Shown one piece after another: positions 13,391 to 26,330 of a stretch of DNA of 64,000 nucleotides. The notes beneath the pieces were generated by a model. It did not search any database. It was not told where the DNA came from and was given only the letters and a program-made list of their open reading frames with translations. The stretch is from Octopus sinensis (lineage: Eukaryota): assembly GCF_006345805.1 (NCBI RefSeq), contig NC_043009.1:60140001-60204000 (forward strand). Reading direction: 5' to 3'. Each line of letters begins with the position of its first letter. The stretch's first letter is position 1. Both the position numbers and the translations under genes were made by a program.

Positions 13391-14020
13391 ATATATTGAT
13401 ATATATGTACTATATGTGCGTGAGCGCGAGTGTATGCGTATTTGAGCGTGCGCGAGCACAGTGTGTGTGCGTGCGCGAGCACAGTGTGTGTGCGTGGGCG
13501 CGCGCGCGTGTATGTGTGCACATGTGTGTGTGCGTGTGTTTGTTTGTGTGTGTGTGTACGCGTGTGTGTATATGTGCGTGCGTGTTTCTGTGTGCGTGCG
13601 TGTACGTGTGTGTGTGTGTGTGTGTGTGCGTGCGTGCATGTGTGTGCGTGCGTGTGTGTGCGGAAATTTAAGATTCATTAAAAGGAACCTTTGAACATGA
13701 AATATTCAGAATCTGCGACAACAAAAAGATTTTTGCTCTTTTTCGCTTTTTATTTATTCTTATTACTATTTTCTTTTGTTGTTGTTGTGCATTACAAATA
13801 ATGAGGGCAATTTGTATTCAATAATGAGAGCAGTGGAATCTCAATTTTTCACATATAATACGTAGATAGGTAGGAGTCGGTCTAGATCATATTTCCCAAT
13901 CTTTCTTCTCTTTCTTCCTCTTATCTCTCTCTCCCCTTCTCAATCTCTTTCTCTGTGCACACACATCCACGTGTAGACGTATATATATATAAAAAATCTT
14001 GCACAACAAATATTTAAACA

Positions 14021-14400
14021 CTAGCAGTATCGCCCGGCGTTGCTCAGATTTGTAAGGGAAATAACTATAAAGCATTTTTAGAGAGTTATAGCCAAAAAAT
14101 AGCAAAAAAATGGAAAAAAATGATGGTAAATTTTTTTTTAGTTAAAAAAGGTGGAGTTGCGTCCCCTAGACAGTTTGCGGTTTGTGTTTCTGATTCTCGA
14201 CCCCATGTCGAATTTATCGATTTTTTTCAGAACTGGGGGAACTTTTCAAAATTTTCGCTGCGTTAGTTTTGAATTATGACATTGGGCTATGGGTGTGTCA
14301 AGTTTCATCAGAATCGGTTGAAAGCCGTGGTCAGGGTGAGTGTACAACGTGACAGACACACAGAAACACGCACAGACAAACTGCCGTTTATATATAGAGA
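14021..14400 (-). mobile_element. Non-autonomous Helitron (380 bp)
   Basis: A^TC start at 14400 and CTAG^T end at 14021. The 5' ~270 bp match 3033-3293; the 3' ~120 bp match the 3' part of 63140-63444. Confidence 0.9.
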
Positions 14401-14512
14401 TATATATATATATATATATAATATATGCATATATGCATGTATTTATGTATGTATGTATATATATATATGATATATGCTGTATATTTATAATCCTATGCAT
14501 ATATATGCATAC

Positions 14513-14561
<49 letters not shown>

Positions 14562-14602
14562 CATATATGTATATATATATGTCTTTATATATATATATAT
14601 AT

Positions 14603-14644
<42 letters not shown>

Positions 14645-14699
14645 ATATATATAAAACAAAGTCGAAGTGCGATAAAATAAAATTAATTATTATCGCTGG

Positions 14700-14741
<42 letters not shown>

Positions 14742-15515
14742 ATATGTCATCATCATCATCATCATTATCTTCACAAAAAGCAAGGCAAGATAATTTCACG
14801 ATCAAAAGTTCAGAGATTTAGAATGAGTTGAATTTACGAAGTTTGGGACATTAATGATATTATCCTTCTTAGAATCGTCTGTAAATCGGTCGATTTGGAA
14901 AGAAAATGAGGAAAGAGGAGAAAGAAAAAGAAAACCAATAAAAATATTATAAAAAAGTAATCCGCATAAAATTTACATAAAACAAAAAAACTGAACTAAG
15001 AGGAATAATTCATATTGGCCACGAGCGTGAATTTAAAAATATCAAAATGAAAAATATAATTAATGCTATATTGGAAAAAAATGTGTTAATTATTAAAAGA
15101 TTTCTTGCTTTTCGCGAAAACGTAAACAAACACCTGGTGGCAATTGTGACCTACTCAGAAATATGAAGGGGAGACAATCTCAAGAATGAACCATTCTCCG
15201 GAATTTCACCTGCCATTAAAATAAAAAAAGCCTGCCGTATTCATATTTATTTGGTTTGGTAGTAAGGTTGAGAAAAGAGGACAGCTGTGGACCAGTGCAT
15301 TTACCTCAAAGCAAACAGATTCGCGTCGTCTAATTACAGTCAATTAGTGGTTGACGAAAGATTTCTCAAACATAAGAGTCTAGTCACTTCGTTAATGACA
15401 ATTTCAATTCTGCGAGAGAGAAATATAAATAACTCTCAACTAAAAATATGCATACCAGTATACACAAATCTACATGCGTATGTGTGTGTATTTATAAATT
15501 AATAGCAATTGCAAC

Positions 15516-15517
<2 letters not shown>

Positions 15518-15563
<46 letters not shown>

Positions 15564-15585
15564 GGTGGTTGTAGTAGTGGTGGTG

Positions 15586-15633
<48 letters not shown>
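15518..15633 (+). repeat. (GTA)n/(GTG)n trinucleotide tract
   Basis: Direct reading; abuts the 5' truncation point of the RTE LINE. Confidence 0.95.
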
Positions 15634-17150
15634 ACGTATCAAACATGGTGCACCTGTACAAGAACAATGTGACAACCACAGAGACATCTCATTGCTGAGC
15701 ATCGCAGGAAAGATCATGGCCCGTGATTTTCTGAACCGCATCACACACCACCTGCTGGACGACGTGGTCTCAGAGAGCCAGTGTGGATTTAGGAACAACA
15801 GGGAGACATTAGACATGGTCTTTGCAGTACGGAAAATACAAGAGAAGTGCCGAGAACAAAGCCAGAACCTCTACATCCTCTTCGTGGACCTGATGAAAGC
15901 TTTTGACACTGTCAGCTGAGAGGGCCTTTGGGATATCTTGTACAAGCTAGGCTGCCCACCGAAGCTCGTCAGGATCATCCAGTCATTTCATGATGGCTTG
16001 ATGGCTCGCATCGTGGAAAACGGAGATGTCTCTGATCCATTCCCGGTCTCCAATGGCATGAAGCAAGGCTGCGTGATGGCACCCACACTCTTCAGCCTCA
16101 TGTTTGCCACCATGCTCTTCCGCGCCCTATCAAAGTTTGACGCTGGTGTCATTATTCGCTACAGATGTGACGGCCGATTCTTGGACCTCAGACGTTTGAA
16201 GGCCAAAACCAAAGTCATGTTTGCAGACGATTGTGCGTTTGCAGCATTGAATGAACCAGACCTGCAAGAACTTGCCACTTGTCTCGCGGAAGCAGCAAAA
16301 TCCTTCGGACTGACCATTAGCCTGCGAAAAATGGAAGTGATGTTTCAGCCCGCACCTGTCCTGACACCTCCTGAGTCTCAAATTGGGATTGAGGGCACAA
16401 CTCTGAACAACGTGGAGAGACTTAAATACCTGGGAAGCTGCTTGTCTTCAAACTGCAGAGTGGACAAAGATGTCTCCATGAGGCTTGCAAAAGCAGTAGC
16501 TTCGTTTGGCAGACTTTGGACATGTGTGTGGGCCAAATGAGGCATCAGACTTTCCACCAAGCCGGCAGTCTATAGGACAGTCGTCATCACTTCTCTGCTC
16601 TACGGCCGTGGGATGCTGTATAGGAGGAAAATGCGAGCACTTGAACAGTTCCACCTCCGCTGCTTGCGACGAATCATGGGAATTTCCTGGTAGGACAGAG
16701 TCTCCAACACTGAAGTGGTTCGCAGAGCCGAAATACCCGGGATCGAAGTCCTCATCATGAAGGCTCAGCTCCGAATGGACAACGCACGTCTACCAAAGAT
16801 GTTCTTCTTCTCTGAGCTGGCTTCTGGAGCAAGAAACCCTGGAAGGCCACTGAGGCGATACAAGTACAGCCTGAAAGCTTCCCTTGAGGCCTGCGGCATT
16901 TCAGCCCGTAGCTGGGCATCGCTTGCCTCTGACCGCAGCGCCTATCTTCCAGCTGTCCAAAAGGGTGTTAGGCTGTTCGAGAAAAAGCGCTTCAAGAAGC
17001 GACAAGCCCGAAAAGAGAGGATCCCCAACTCTACTTCTGCTGTTACGTGCCCAACATGTGGCCGCATCTGCGCGTCCGCCTTTGGGATCCGCTCCCACCT
17101 CCGGCGTCACTGACGTCATTGTCGAACCCCTACAGACTTCCATTATTATA
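15634..17150 (+). pseudogene. 5'-truncated RTE-clade (BovB-like) LINE: reverse transcriptase plus C-terminal C2H2 finger
   Basis: ISLLSIAGKI, SQCGFR, LFVDLMKAFDTVS, GMKQGCVMAPTLF, FADD, YLGS and CPTCGRICASAFGIRSHLRRH. One frame from 15668 to the stop at 17113, with premature stops at 15917, 16538 and 16691. Confidence 0.95.
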
Positions 17151-17273
17151 TATGTATGTATGTATGACTCAATTCATATTTATATTTATACGTCTCTATT
17201 AATTTGTCTATCTTTCTTTCTAGCTTTATATACACCAGAGTACTTAACAGTCTGTCAATATAGCTATTTATGT

Positions 17274-17434
17274 GCGTAGCGGTATTTCGTCTGTCTTTAT
17301 GTTCTGAGTTCAAATTCCGCCGAGTTCAAAATTGGGGTCGATAAATTAAGTACCAGTTTCGTACTGGGGTGGATCTAATCGACTGGCCTCCTCCACAAAA
17401 ATTTGGGGCCTTTTACCTAGAGTAGAAAAGAATA
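17274..17434 (+). mobile_element. Family-A SINE, headless, tail type 2
   Basis: Begins at gcgtagcggtatttcgtctg and ends cctagagtagaaaagaata. Confidence 0.85.
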
Positions 17435-17993
17435 TATCCATTTATGTTCCATTTTTCTAGAACCCTTTTTCATGTAAACTTAAAGAATTGACCCCAGAAT
17501 AGTTGAATTGATTCATGTAAGCGATGATGTGGTCTAACTCTCCGCTAGCGTTACCTAACTAACCGTTGATATGAACTATGCCGTAGTGTAACTTGGCAAA
17601 GCAATAAAGCAAAGAAACTAATCCGAAATGAGACGTAACTAAAATGTCGCTTAATTAATTAATTGCAATTAATTAATAACATATAACTATAAAACAATGT
17701 GATGCAACCAATCGATAATTTAGACGATATAATAAGACGACCGAGTTAATTATGTGAATTAACTCATTGTGTTTCATAGCAAGAGGGATGTAGGCTTGTC
17801 TGGGAGACGTATGAAGATCGAAAAGTCGGTGGAGAAATTGTTCAATAAAATTTAAATGATTTTAAACATTTTTAAGCTTGTCAAATGTCATGGTGAAGAA
17901 AGAAGGATTATCTGAATGTAAACTCAATTTTGTTTTCTCATTAATAAACTTGGTGGGGGTTGGCAAAAACCTTGACTAATATTTGAGTGCAAG

Positions 17994-18226
17994 AAGGCAG
18001 CGAGCTGGCAGAATCGTTAGCACGCCGGGCGAAATGCTTAGCAGTATTTCGTCTGGTGTTTCGTTCTGAGTTCAAATTCCGCCGAGGTCGACTTTGCCTT
18101 TCATCCGTTCGGGGTCGATTAAATAAGTACCAGTTACGCACTAGGGTCGATATAATCGACTTAATCCGTTTGTCTGCCCTTGTTTGTCCCCTCTGTGTTT
18201 AGCCCCCTGTGTGCAATAAAGAAATA
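17994..18226 (+). mobile_element. Family-A SINE, full length, followed by a diverged copy (~18245-18420)
   Basis: Matches the family-A consensus aaggcggcgagctggcagaa...aaagaaata. Confidence 0.9.
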
Positions 18227-18794
18227 AAAATCGTTACTGCGCCGAATCGAGCTGGCAGAATCGTTAGCGCGCCGGGAAAAACTCTTAGAGGCATTCCGTC
18301 CGTCTGGGTTCAAATGCCGCCGAGGTCGTCTTTGCCTGTCATCATGTCGTAGGTCGGTAAAATAAGTACCAGTTGAATCCTGGTGTCGACTTACCCTCTC
18401 TCTGAACTTGCTGGCCGTGATAACTAACCGATGATGAAACCGAACTAGGCGATAAGCTAAATTAACCAAGAAATAAGGTGATATGACTAACCAGTAATAG
18501 GACCTTGTTAGCCCTGAAGATAACTTACCTAAGAATTAAGGTGACATAACTAACCAATAATGGAACCTAACTGCTAAAAAGGCCTCACTAAGCAATAATG
18601 TAACTGATCGACAAGAAATGAACCAAGGGAAATAACCCAAACGGGCTAATGGCATAAAAATAGATAATTCAGGTAGGTGGTGATTTAGTGAATGGTATAG
18701 GCATGAAATTTTTAATGAATTAATATTTACCACTTAGTTGGTAATGAAAACAAAAATCTCGCAGAGAACAAAGTTTATATATTTCTGTTAAGCA

Positions 18795-19337
18795 GATGTG
18801 GTTGAGTGGTTAAAAAACATTCGCTTTGCAACAATGTGGTTTTGGGTTCAATCCCACCTTGGGTAAGCATTTTGTGCTATAGCCTCCTTACTATAACCCG
18901 GCTTATGCGTTGTTAGTGAATTATGTTGACAGAAACTCAAAGAAGCCTGTCGTATATATTTTATGTATGCATTTGTGCGCGTGTGTGTGTGCGCGCGCGA
19001 GCGTATCATTGTGTTTATCTCCTACCTTGTCCCCACTGCTTGACAACCGGTGTTAGATTGTTTACGTCTCTGTAATCTAACCTCTGTAACCATTAGTGGC
19101 TGTGTGGTAAGTAGCTTGCTAACCAGCCACATGGTTCCGGGTTCAGTCCCACTGCGCGGCACCTTGGGCAAGTGTCTTCTACTATAGCGTCGGGCCGACC
19201 AAAGCCTTGTGAGTGGATTTGGTAGACGGAAACTGAAAGAAGCAGTCGTATATATGTATATATATTTATGTGTGTGTGTTTGTCCCCCTACATCGCTTGA
19301 CAAACGATGCTGGTGTGTTTACGTCCCCGTAACTTAG
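18795..19337 (+). mobile_element. Two adjacent family-C SINE copies (old ~18795-19080; younger 19095-19337, 3'-truncated)
   Basis: gtggctgtgtggtaag head, CORE-like caccttgggcaagtgtctt and internal (TA/TG)n tract. Confidence 0.8.
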
Positions 19338-19431
19338 AGTTGCTCTAAAGTTAAACAATAGCAACAACAGCAACGAAGCACAACACGCGATCAACGAAGG
19401 AGCCTGTAAGGGGCTGCTTGACCTCCTAGAA

Positions 19432-20670
19432 CGGAGGTTCCCAAATCGTGCGCCGCAAGATGTAATTAGATGCGCCTCGTAAAAGAATGTATTTCAAAAT
19501 ATTAAATATACAAACCAAAATTCATTAGAATGTTCATATATAATGGCCAAAGTGCGTAACTGGTACTTATTTAATCGACCCCGAAAGGATGAAAAGCAAG
19601 GTCGATCTCGGTGGAATTTGAACTCAGAACGTAGCGGCAGACGAAATACCGCTAAGCATTTCGCCCGGCATGCTAACGTTTCTGCCATCTCGCCGCCTTA
19701 AAAAAAACTAAATACTAAGTTCTAAACTAAGAATGAGAGGTGGTTGTGTCATTCAGTTCATTTAGGCTAATTATGGTATGACACTGTTATTCAAATTTTG
19801 AATCTGAAATTTCATAAAGATAAGAACTAAATTAGCATCAATCTATCTTCGAAATTGACGTCTTATGGACATATTCAGTGCACGCCTACGTTCCAGTTTA
19901 TTTCGGTCGTAGCCTCGGCAGTTTTTATTTTAATTCAAAATGTGAAAAATAAACTATTGGACTAAAATATACGATGTTGAGCTAAAAACGTCCTCACGTA
20001 TTTCAATTTTTTCATTCATTTAGTGGCGAGAATTTCCATCTTTTCAATTAATTTTGAAAGACTCCTCAAAAGAGTCCGATAATATGTGACACCCTGCCTC
20101 TTTTCACAGCTCACTGGTCGCTTGTCTGAGTCTCAGTTTCATTCTGTTAGTAATCTGTGCTATTTGTGTGAGACAATTCATATTAACAGACTAAATTACC
20201 CATAAAATGGATGATTTTATTAAGAGGAAAAATAACCGTGACGATTATGAATCTGAAAGTTAGCTTTCGTCAAAAACAACTAAGCGTAGTGATAATAACG
20301 CGAAAGCTCGACCCAATTGTAAATATTGCAATAGCTATTTAAAGTTTGGGTTTCATTGGACTGGCAACGAGGATTAACCTCTAACGAAGGCATGTTGCCT
20401 AGCAAGTTGAAAAGACATTTTACAACTAACGCTCTCACATCTTCAATGTAAAGATCTGAATTATTTCCAAAGACTGCTAGAACAGAAATATAAACAAAGA
20501 AACTATTATGTCCAATAGGACAAATTTTATATTATTTACTCTTGATTATTTTCTTATAAAATAAAGGATGAACGCTTCTGAAAAGTCCCAAGTTATGTAC
20601 AAAGTGTGCCAAAATATTTTGACTTCTTATAAGTGCGCCGTGACTGAAAAAAAACCTTTGGGAACCACTG
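19432..20670 (+). mobile_element. Internally deleted hAT (Charlie/Buster-type) DNA transposon containing a SINE fragment
   Basis: TIRs cggaggttcccaaa / tttgggaaccactg and a perfect 8-bp TSD TCCTAGAA (19424-19431 / 20671-20678). Transposase N-terminal remnants YLKFGFHWTGNED (20336-20374) and NEGMLPSKLKRHF (20383-20421). Confidence 0.92.
19551..19699 (-). mobile_element. Family-A SINE 5' part nested in the hAT element
   Basis: Reverse match to the family-A head and body, truncated after cagttacgcact. Confidence 0.88.
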
Positions 20671-21507
20671 TCCTAGAATAAGGGGGCCAATCCCTCTCGA
20701 AACTTATCCAATTACCTAAAACAAAACTACAGTGAACAATGTGGTCTGATATTTAAAAGTGTTGGATTTATCACTATTGGAACGCTTTGGTCATATTTAT
20801 ACTTGATTATAGTTGACCAAGGGACGAACAATAATTACCACAGCACATGGTCACAATACTTGGACAACACAGCTATGAATTGTCTTGGCAACGTCTGGGT
20901 TCATTACAATTAATCAATAGGGCACTTGGTGGAAGATCTTAGTATGTTCAATGACTATGAGGAATGGTGGGAAATAAGCATTTCGCCCCCTTGTATTTCA
21001 TTAGAGAGTGAAGAACAAATATAGAAAATTATTGTTAATTTGGCTATAAACCAGACATTTGTAGTACAAGCCAGATATGCCAGATATTTATGCTACCCGA
21101 CTGTAATGAGCATCGTAGAGATACCGCTGAAAGCACTCTACTGGGATGCTGGATTAGCGATCTCCTTATCTTTAATCTCATCAAGCGAGCATATAACTGT
21201 CAGAAAACATACTCTCTTAGTTATATCTAATCCTAAATAACAACGTGGGACGATCGCTTCAGATGTGTGTAACGATTGCATTTATTTTTAAATTCAGAGC
21301 CAGTTTATCGGCCAACATGTATCTGTCTATATTTAAATAACTTTCTACGCTATTCTCTGTTTTTTTATGGATTCCATTCCAGACAGGTTTAAAGACTAGA
21401 TCATGTCTCTCGGGTAAAGACTATCTTGATACCGTCCAAAGTTACCTATAATCGAACGCTGTTAACTACGTTTCTCTTAAATGTGTTGTTTGGTTATGTA
21501 TGTGTAT

Positions 21508-21552
<45 letters not shown>

Positions 21553-21556
<4 letters not shown>

Positions 21557-22250
21557 GGCTGTTCTGACTAAACTAGACAGATTGCATAAAAAGCAAAAAC
21601 ACAGTATCCCATCCCATCCTAAAATAAAAATACTTTCAAAAATCAAAATCTATCAACAAGATTATGGCTGAGAGATAACAGTTTACTCAAAGTAGCTGCC
21701 TCTGCTTGCACCGCGGCCTCAAGAGAGCCCAGGAACCTGGCGCATACGTTCCTTAGTGTCCCTGAGAAGATCTTCGAAACCCCCTTGATGTTGGTGACAG
21801 AGTGGTTGGTGTCGTTCTCAACTGCGTCACAAACACAGTAATCCATGAGATTACAATCGAGGTAAATAGGGGATTGTGAAGGCGCATGGCTCAGTGGTTA
21901 GAGCGTCGAGCTTACGATCGTGAGGTTGTGAGCTCGAATCCCGGACCGGGCTGTGTGTTGTGTTCTTGAGCAAAGCACTTTATTTCACGTTGCTCCAGTT
22001 CACTCAGCTGTAGTTCTGTTTAAAAACGTGGGAATGAAATCCGGTTTTGCAGACGTAGTCAGTACCCCTGCTGTGACCCTTTCTGCTGACCACGATCTAT
22101 TTCGCAGAATATTGAGCAGCAGTCACGATGACGGCATTTTGATACCCAGGACGAAACATCATGGTACAGGTAACTCTTTTCCGATTTTCAGATGATTTCC
22201 AGTCCTCCATATCAGCTATTTCAAAGGATAAACCTACAATCCAAGGATCG
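21553..22250 (-). mobile_element. Tc1/mariner-superfamily transposase 3' relic interrupted by a SINE
   Basis: DCNLMDYCVCDAVENDTN...RNVCARFLGSLEAAVQAE matches the transposase C-terminus (DxNPxDY...C..F..RLEAVV). TIR-like TA|ctggctgttctgactaaact at ~21553. Confidence 0.62.
21876..22013 (+). mobile_element. CORE-type tRNA SINE (family-B relative), 3'-truncated
   Basis: tRNA-like head tggctcagtggttag / gctcgaatcc, then gtgttcttgagcaaagcactt; body matches 47059-47310. Confidence 0.85.
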
Positions 22251-22442
22251 AGGTATAGGAAGAAAAAGTTAGCTTCAAGCAATCCGTAGTAAATATAAAG
22301 AAACAATTTTCGCAGACAATAGTGGTTTACTGAGACGGTAAGTTGTAGATTTTTTTCTTATCGAAATAAGATATATTGGAAAAAAAATTTTTTTTTTATA
22401 TTTCACGGTAGGCAACCAGGGTTGCCGGGTATGCGAATAAGA

Positions 22443-22676
22443 ATATGAGTGTTAAGGAATGGAGTAGATAATATCCGAGTAAAACCTCGGAAGTGGTAAA
22501 TATTCGAGCGAAGTGTACAGCGCAGATTACGTTTCAAGCCAAGGATATTTTGATTAAATTAAGATATCTTTCATTTAATCAAGATACCCTTGGCCTGAAG
22601 AGTAGCCAGCGATGTACACCTCACTCAGATATTTAACATTTCCGAGATTTTATCTACTCCATTCCTTATCTCATAT
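22443..22676. mobile_element. 234-bp fold-back (hairpin) MITE-like element
   Basis: atatgag..taaggaatggagtagataa ... ttatctactccattccttatctcatat. Arms of ~105-115 bp pair over their whole length with mismatches, around a ~13-nt loop. Confidence 0.85.
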
Positions 22677-22746
22677 ATGTGTGTGTGTATTTATGTATAT
22701 ATATGTAAATATATATATGTGTGCGTGTGTGTGTGTGTGTGTGTGC

Positions 22747-22902
22747 GTGGAGGCGCAATGGCCCAGTGGTTAGGGCAGCGGACTCGCGGTCGTAGGATCG
22801 CGGTTTCGATTCTCAGACCGGGCGTTGTGAGTGTTTATTGAGCGAAAACACTTAAAGTTCCACGAAGCTCCGGCAGGGGTGGTGGCGACCATTGCTGTAC
22901 TT
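22747..22902 (+). mobile_element. Family-B-related SINE, 3'-truncated
   Basis: gtggaggcgcaatggcccagtggttagggcagcggactcgcgg head; body matches 1188-1290. Confidence 0.85.
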
Positions 22903-22956
22903 ATTAACAACATCTGATAGCTTGGTCGGTCACGGTGATATATATATATATGCTTA

Positions 22957-22995
<39 letters not shown>

Positions 22996-23523
22996 GTGTG
23001 TGTGTATGCTTGTATGTATGCATGTATGTATATATATATACATTACATATATTTTAAATTTATATGTGTACGTGTATGCGTGCTTATGGGTTGGTGCGTG
23101 TTGCTTATACGTTAGATGAACATGTCGAATGTGAGATATGGTGTTGTTTAATTAGATGCATACTTATTCATCATCTTTTTGCCTCCACTACTGACATTTC
23201 TTCGTATTTCTAAGGGGAACATATTTCTCGTTACTCCATATTGCCAGGAATGAGTTCCACATGACCTGTTAATAATAGCTAGTGTCTTTATCTATGGGAC
23301 GTTTATCTTTTATTTATGAGACTCAAGAACAGAATACGCTATTTTACATCATCTTAGTTCTTCACGTGGATACAGGGACTTATAAGTCAAATAGTACACA
23401 TAGTAGTATTCAACGTTGATCTGGCGTCTGGCTAAGTCTCTGTCCACAGTTATTATCTATCAGAGATACATAATATTCATAAATGTGTGTATGTTAGTGT
23501 ATATGTGTGTGCATGTATATATA

Positions 23524-23563
<40 letters not shown>

Positions 23564-23564
<1 letters not shown>

Positions 23565-23949
23565 GAGCAAAACGCCGCCCGTCCAATGGACGGTGCTGAG
23601 TTGTCAAACATTTAAACCAAATTTTCTCAAAACAACTTGTCCGACCGTCCCATAGGCCTCCCCTTTGAGAAACACTGATTTAACCTAAAATTGAGACACC
23701 GTGCATTTTTCTCGCGTACACGTAGTATCGATCGCAACAGCTGATGTACTTGCGCGTACAAATGCACGTTCCCACGGTTTTATCGATCGCATTTTCACCT
23801 GGAATCAGTTTTTGTAAGTTTTGCAAGACTTATACACGCCCTGATACCGTCGGTATCTACATATCAAATTTGAGCACAATCAGATGGCGGATGCCCGAGA
23901 TTCTAGAAGACACACACACAGACAGACAGAACGAATTTTATATAATAGA
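23564..23949 (-). mobile_element. Non-autonomous Helitron-like element (386 bp) ending CTCG
   Basis: A^TC start at 23949, hairpin ccgtcca/tggacgg (23579-23593) and CTCG^T end into (TA)n. Homolog at 39640-39982. Confidence 0.8.
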
Positions 23950-24514
23950 TACAGCTTCTTATATAAGGATTACCCCTTAACACGTGTATTTGAAAAGCTG
24001 TAAACAGCGAAAAGGCGAATGTGCTTAACACAAATCGAAAACTTCCTTCCGAAAGATTGGTGTCATTCTCAGTTTTATACATTTTTTATTTAAGAAAACC
24101 ATTCTGCATACACACATATATGTGTGTATATGCGTGCGCGCGTGTGTATGTATGTACGTATGTATGTATGTATCATGTAAGTATGTATGTACTACTAATG
24201 CATAGCAACGAAATACTAATGTAGGTTTACTACGCTATTACTCTCTTCATCAACCAACTGACCGAACCCACAAATACCAATCAGCTGGGTATTGTCCAAA
24301 CTCACTAGAACACAAATATATAATGGAGGAATCGTAATAGTTATTCCACTCTCGAGTGAATTCACCAAGAATACAGCACAACTATTTCTGAAGGAGAGAA
24401 TTATCATTAATTAAATTGATATTCTCTTTGCTTTGATTTATTGCTTATGTCTCTATCATTTTATTTCCTTCAATTTCTAAAAGAATCTCAACTACAATTA
24501 TACATACATACATA

Positions 24515-24695
24515 CAGGCGCAGCTGTGACTGTGTGGTAGGAAGCGCGCTTTCCAACCACATTGTTCCGGGTTCAGTCCCACTGCGTGGCGCCTTGGGTG
24601 AGTGTCTTCTGCTATAGCCTCGGCCGACCAAAGCCTTGTGAGTGAATTTGGTAGACGGAAACTGAAAAGAAGCCCGTCGCATGTATATGTCTGTG

Positions 24696-24730
<35 letters not shown>
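24515..24730 (+). mobile_element. Family-C SINE 5' half ending in its internal microsatellite
   Basis: Matches 51902-52060, then (TA/TG)n. Confidence 0.87.
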
Positions 24731-24734
24731 ATTC

Positions 24735-24910
24735 TAAATGTGACCGCGTGTGTACCGTTGGCGATTTTTTTCCTCCGTCTTCCCTCCTTTGGATTTTTCT
24801 TTTTCTCTGCTCGAAACGTTAAACCCTCCTTCTTTCCTGAGCGTCCAATGATACTATACTTGTTCCACATCCTCGCGTTGTGTTTTCTCTTTGTGTTTTC
24901 ATGTTTGGAT

Positions 24911-24925
<15 letters not shown>
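24735..24925 (+). mobile_element. Short Penelope-type terminal repeat with partial hammerhead motif
   Basis: Homologous to 45985-46195 (gctcgaaacgttaaacc, tcctgagcgtc, atcctcgcgttg); the 5' half of the ribozyme core is deleted. Confidence 0.6.
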
Positions 24926-24973
<48 letters not shown>

Positions 24974-25392
24974 ATGTTTACATAATCCTGTGCAAGGGTC
25001 TAGCGGTGAAGTAAGGGCGTTCGGTTCATAGTAGTAGGTTTCTGGGTATGATTTCCGGGTCGACTGGCGTATTGTTTCATTGAGCAAAGAATTTCATTTC
25101 ATGCGCTTCAAGCGAATGAGACCCATCAAAGTCGAAAGACAGAGCAGCTAGGAAAGGGGAAAACTCTGATGTCTAATTCGTACTGTTTTGCTTCCATATT
25201 TAATCATAATCGAAGCTTCCGGAATAAACCTCGAGAATAAAGACTAAGCTGCATGTATAGATCGTTATTTTCACAATCTCTTCGGGGAAGCACCTGAGAC
25301 GACTCTGTTATTGAACGAAAACAAGTTTGCTGCAGAGATGCAGCGGAAGACGTGCTCTTTCAGCACGTCCTCCATCATTGTCCAGGCTTTGA

Positions 25393-25693
25393 TGGAGGCA
25401 CATGGCCTAGTGGTTAGAGCAGCGGACTCGCGGTCGAGGGATCGCGGGTTCGAATCTCAGACCGGGCGATGTATGTGTTTATGAGCGAAACACCTAAGCT
25501 CCACGCAGATACGACAGAAGGTAATGGCGAACTTCTGCTGACTCTTTCGGCACAACTTTCTCTCACTCTTTCCTCCTGCATCTTGCAGCTCACTTGCGAC
25601 GGACCGGCGTTCCGTCCAGGTGGGGAACCTATACGCCACGGAAACCGGGAAACCGGCCCTTATGAGCCAGGCATGACTCGAGAAGGAACAAAC
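25393..25693 (+). mobile_element. Family-B SINE, full length
   Basis: Matches the reverse complements of 3334-3636 and 30512-30815. Confidence 0.92.
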
Positions 25694-26159
25694 TATATAT
25701 TGTCCAGGCTTACACCATACTACCCACTTATACATCTACACTAACGAATCTCAAGTGTCCTTTACGATATCGCCTGTGATGTCGGCACGACACCGGGCGC
25801 AACATTTCGTAGTTATACGTTATCGCATTATTGATGTATGGCATAATTATAAGAATCACTTCCGGGGGTGATAGAGCTTTTCGCATCCAGCTAGAAAGCT
25901 ACCGGCTGGTAAAGTAATGCCCCTTTACGACCCACAATCCTCAGTGGGCATATGAGGATCAGAAAATATGCGAACAGACATTGTCTGACATCTGACTATA
26001 ATGAAAATCATAAACTCAGAAGTTAAATTCGTTTCATTCAGCTCAATACAAAACTCGTCTAAAAAAGGCTTTGTCTGATTTAATATTGAAATTTTAAAAA
26101 ATACATCTATATGTGGATATGTATTTATTACATATGTATATGTGTGAGTGCGTTTTAGT

Positions 26160-26197
26160 ACGTACATCTGTATGTATATATGTATATATACACATAT

Positions 26198-26235
<38 letters not shown>

Positions 26236-26296
26236 GGGCAACAAAGTGTACGTACGCCGGATGTTTTGCGCTCTTGTCCCTTATTGTATTTTATGT

Positions 26297-26330
<34 letters not shown>

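Noticed and set aside
25345-25370. Possible Illumina adapter contamination (ggaagacgtgctcttt)
   Set aside because: Only partial similarity to AGACGTGTGCTCTTCCGATCT; lacks the GT and CCGATCT segments.
25393-25470. tRNA genes at SINE heads (also 3560-3636, 21876, 22747, 47059)
   Set aside because: A/B boxes are present but continue into conserved SINE bodies with tails and TSDs; no complete cloverleaf.
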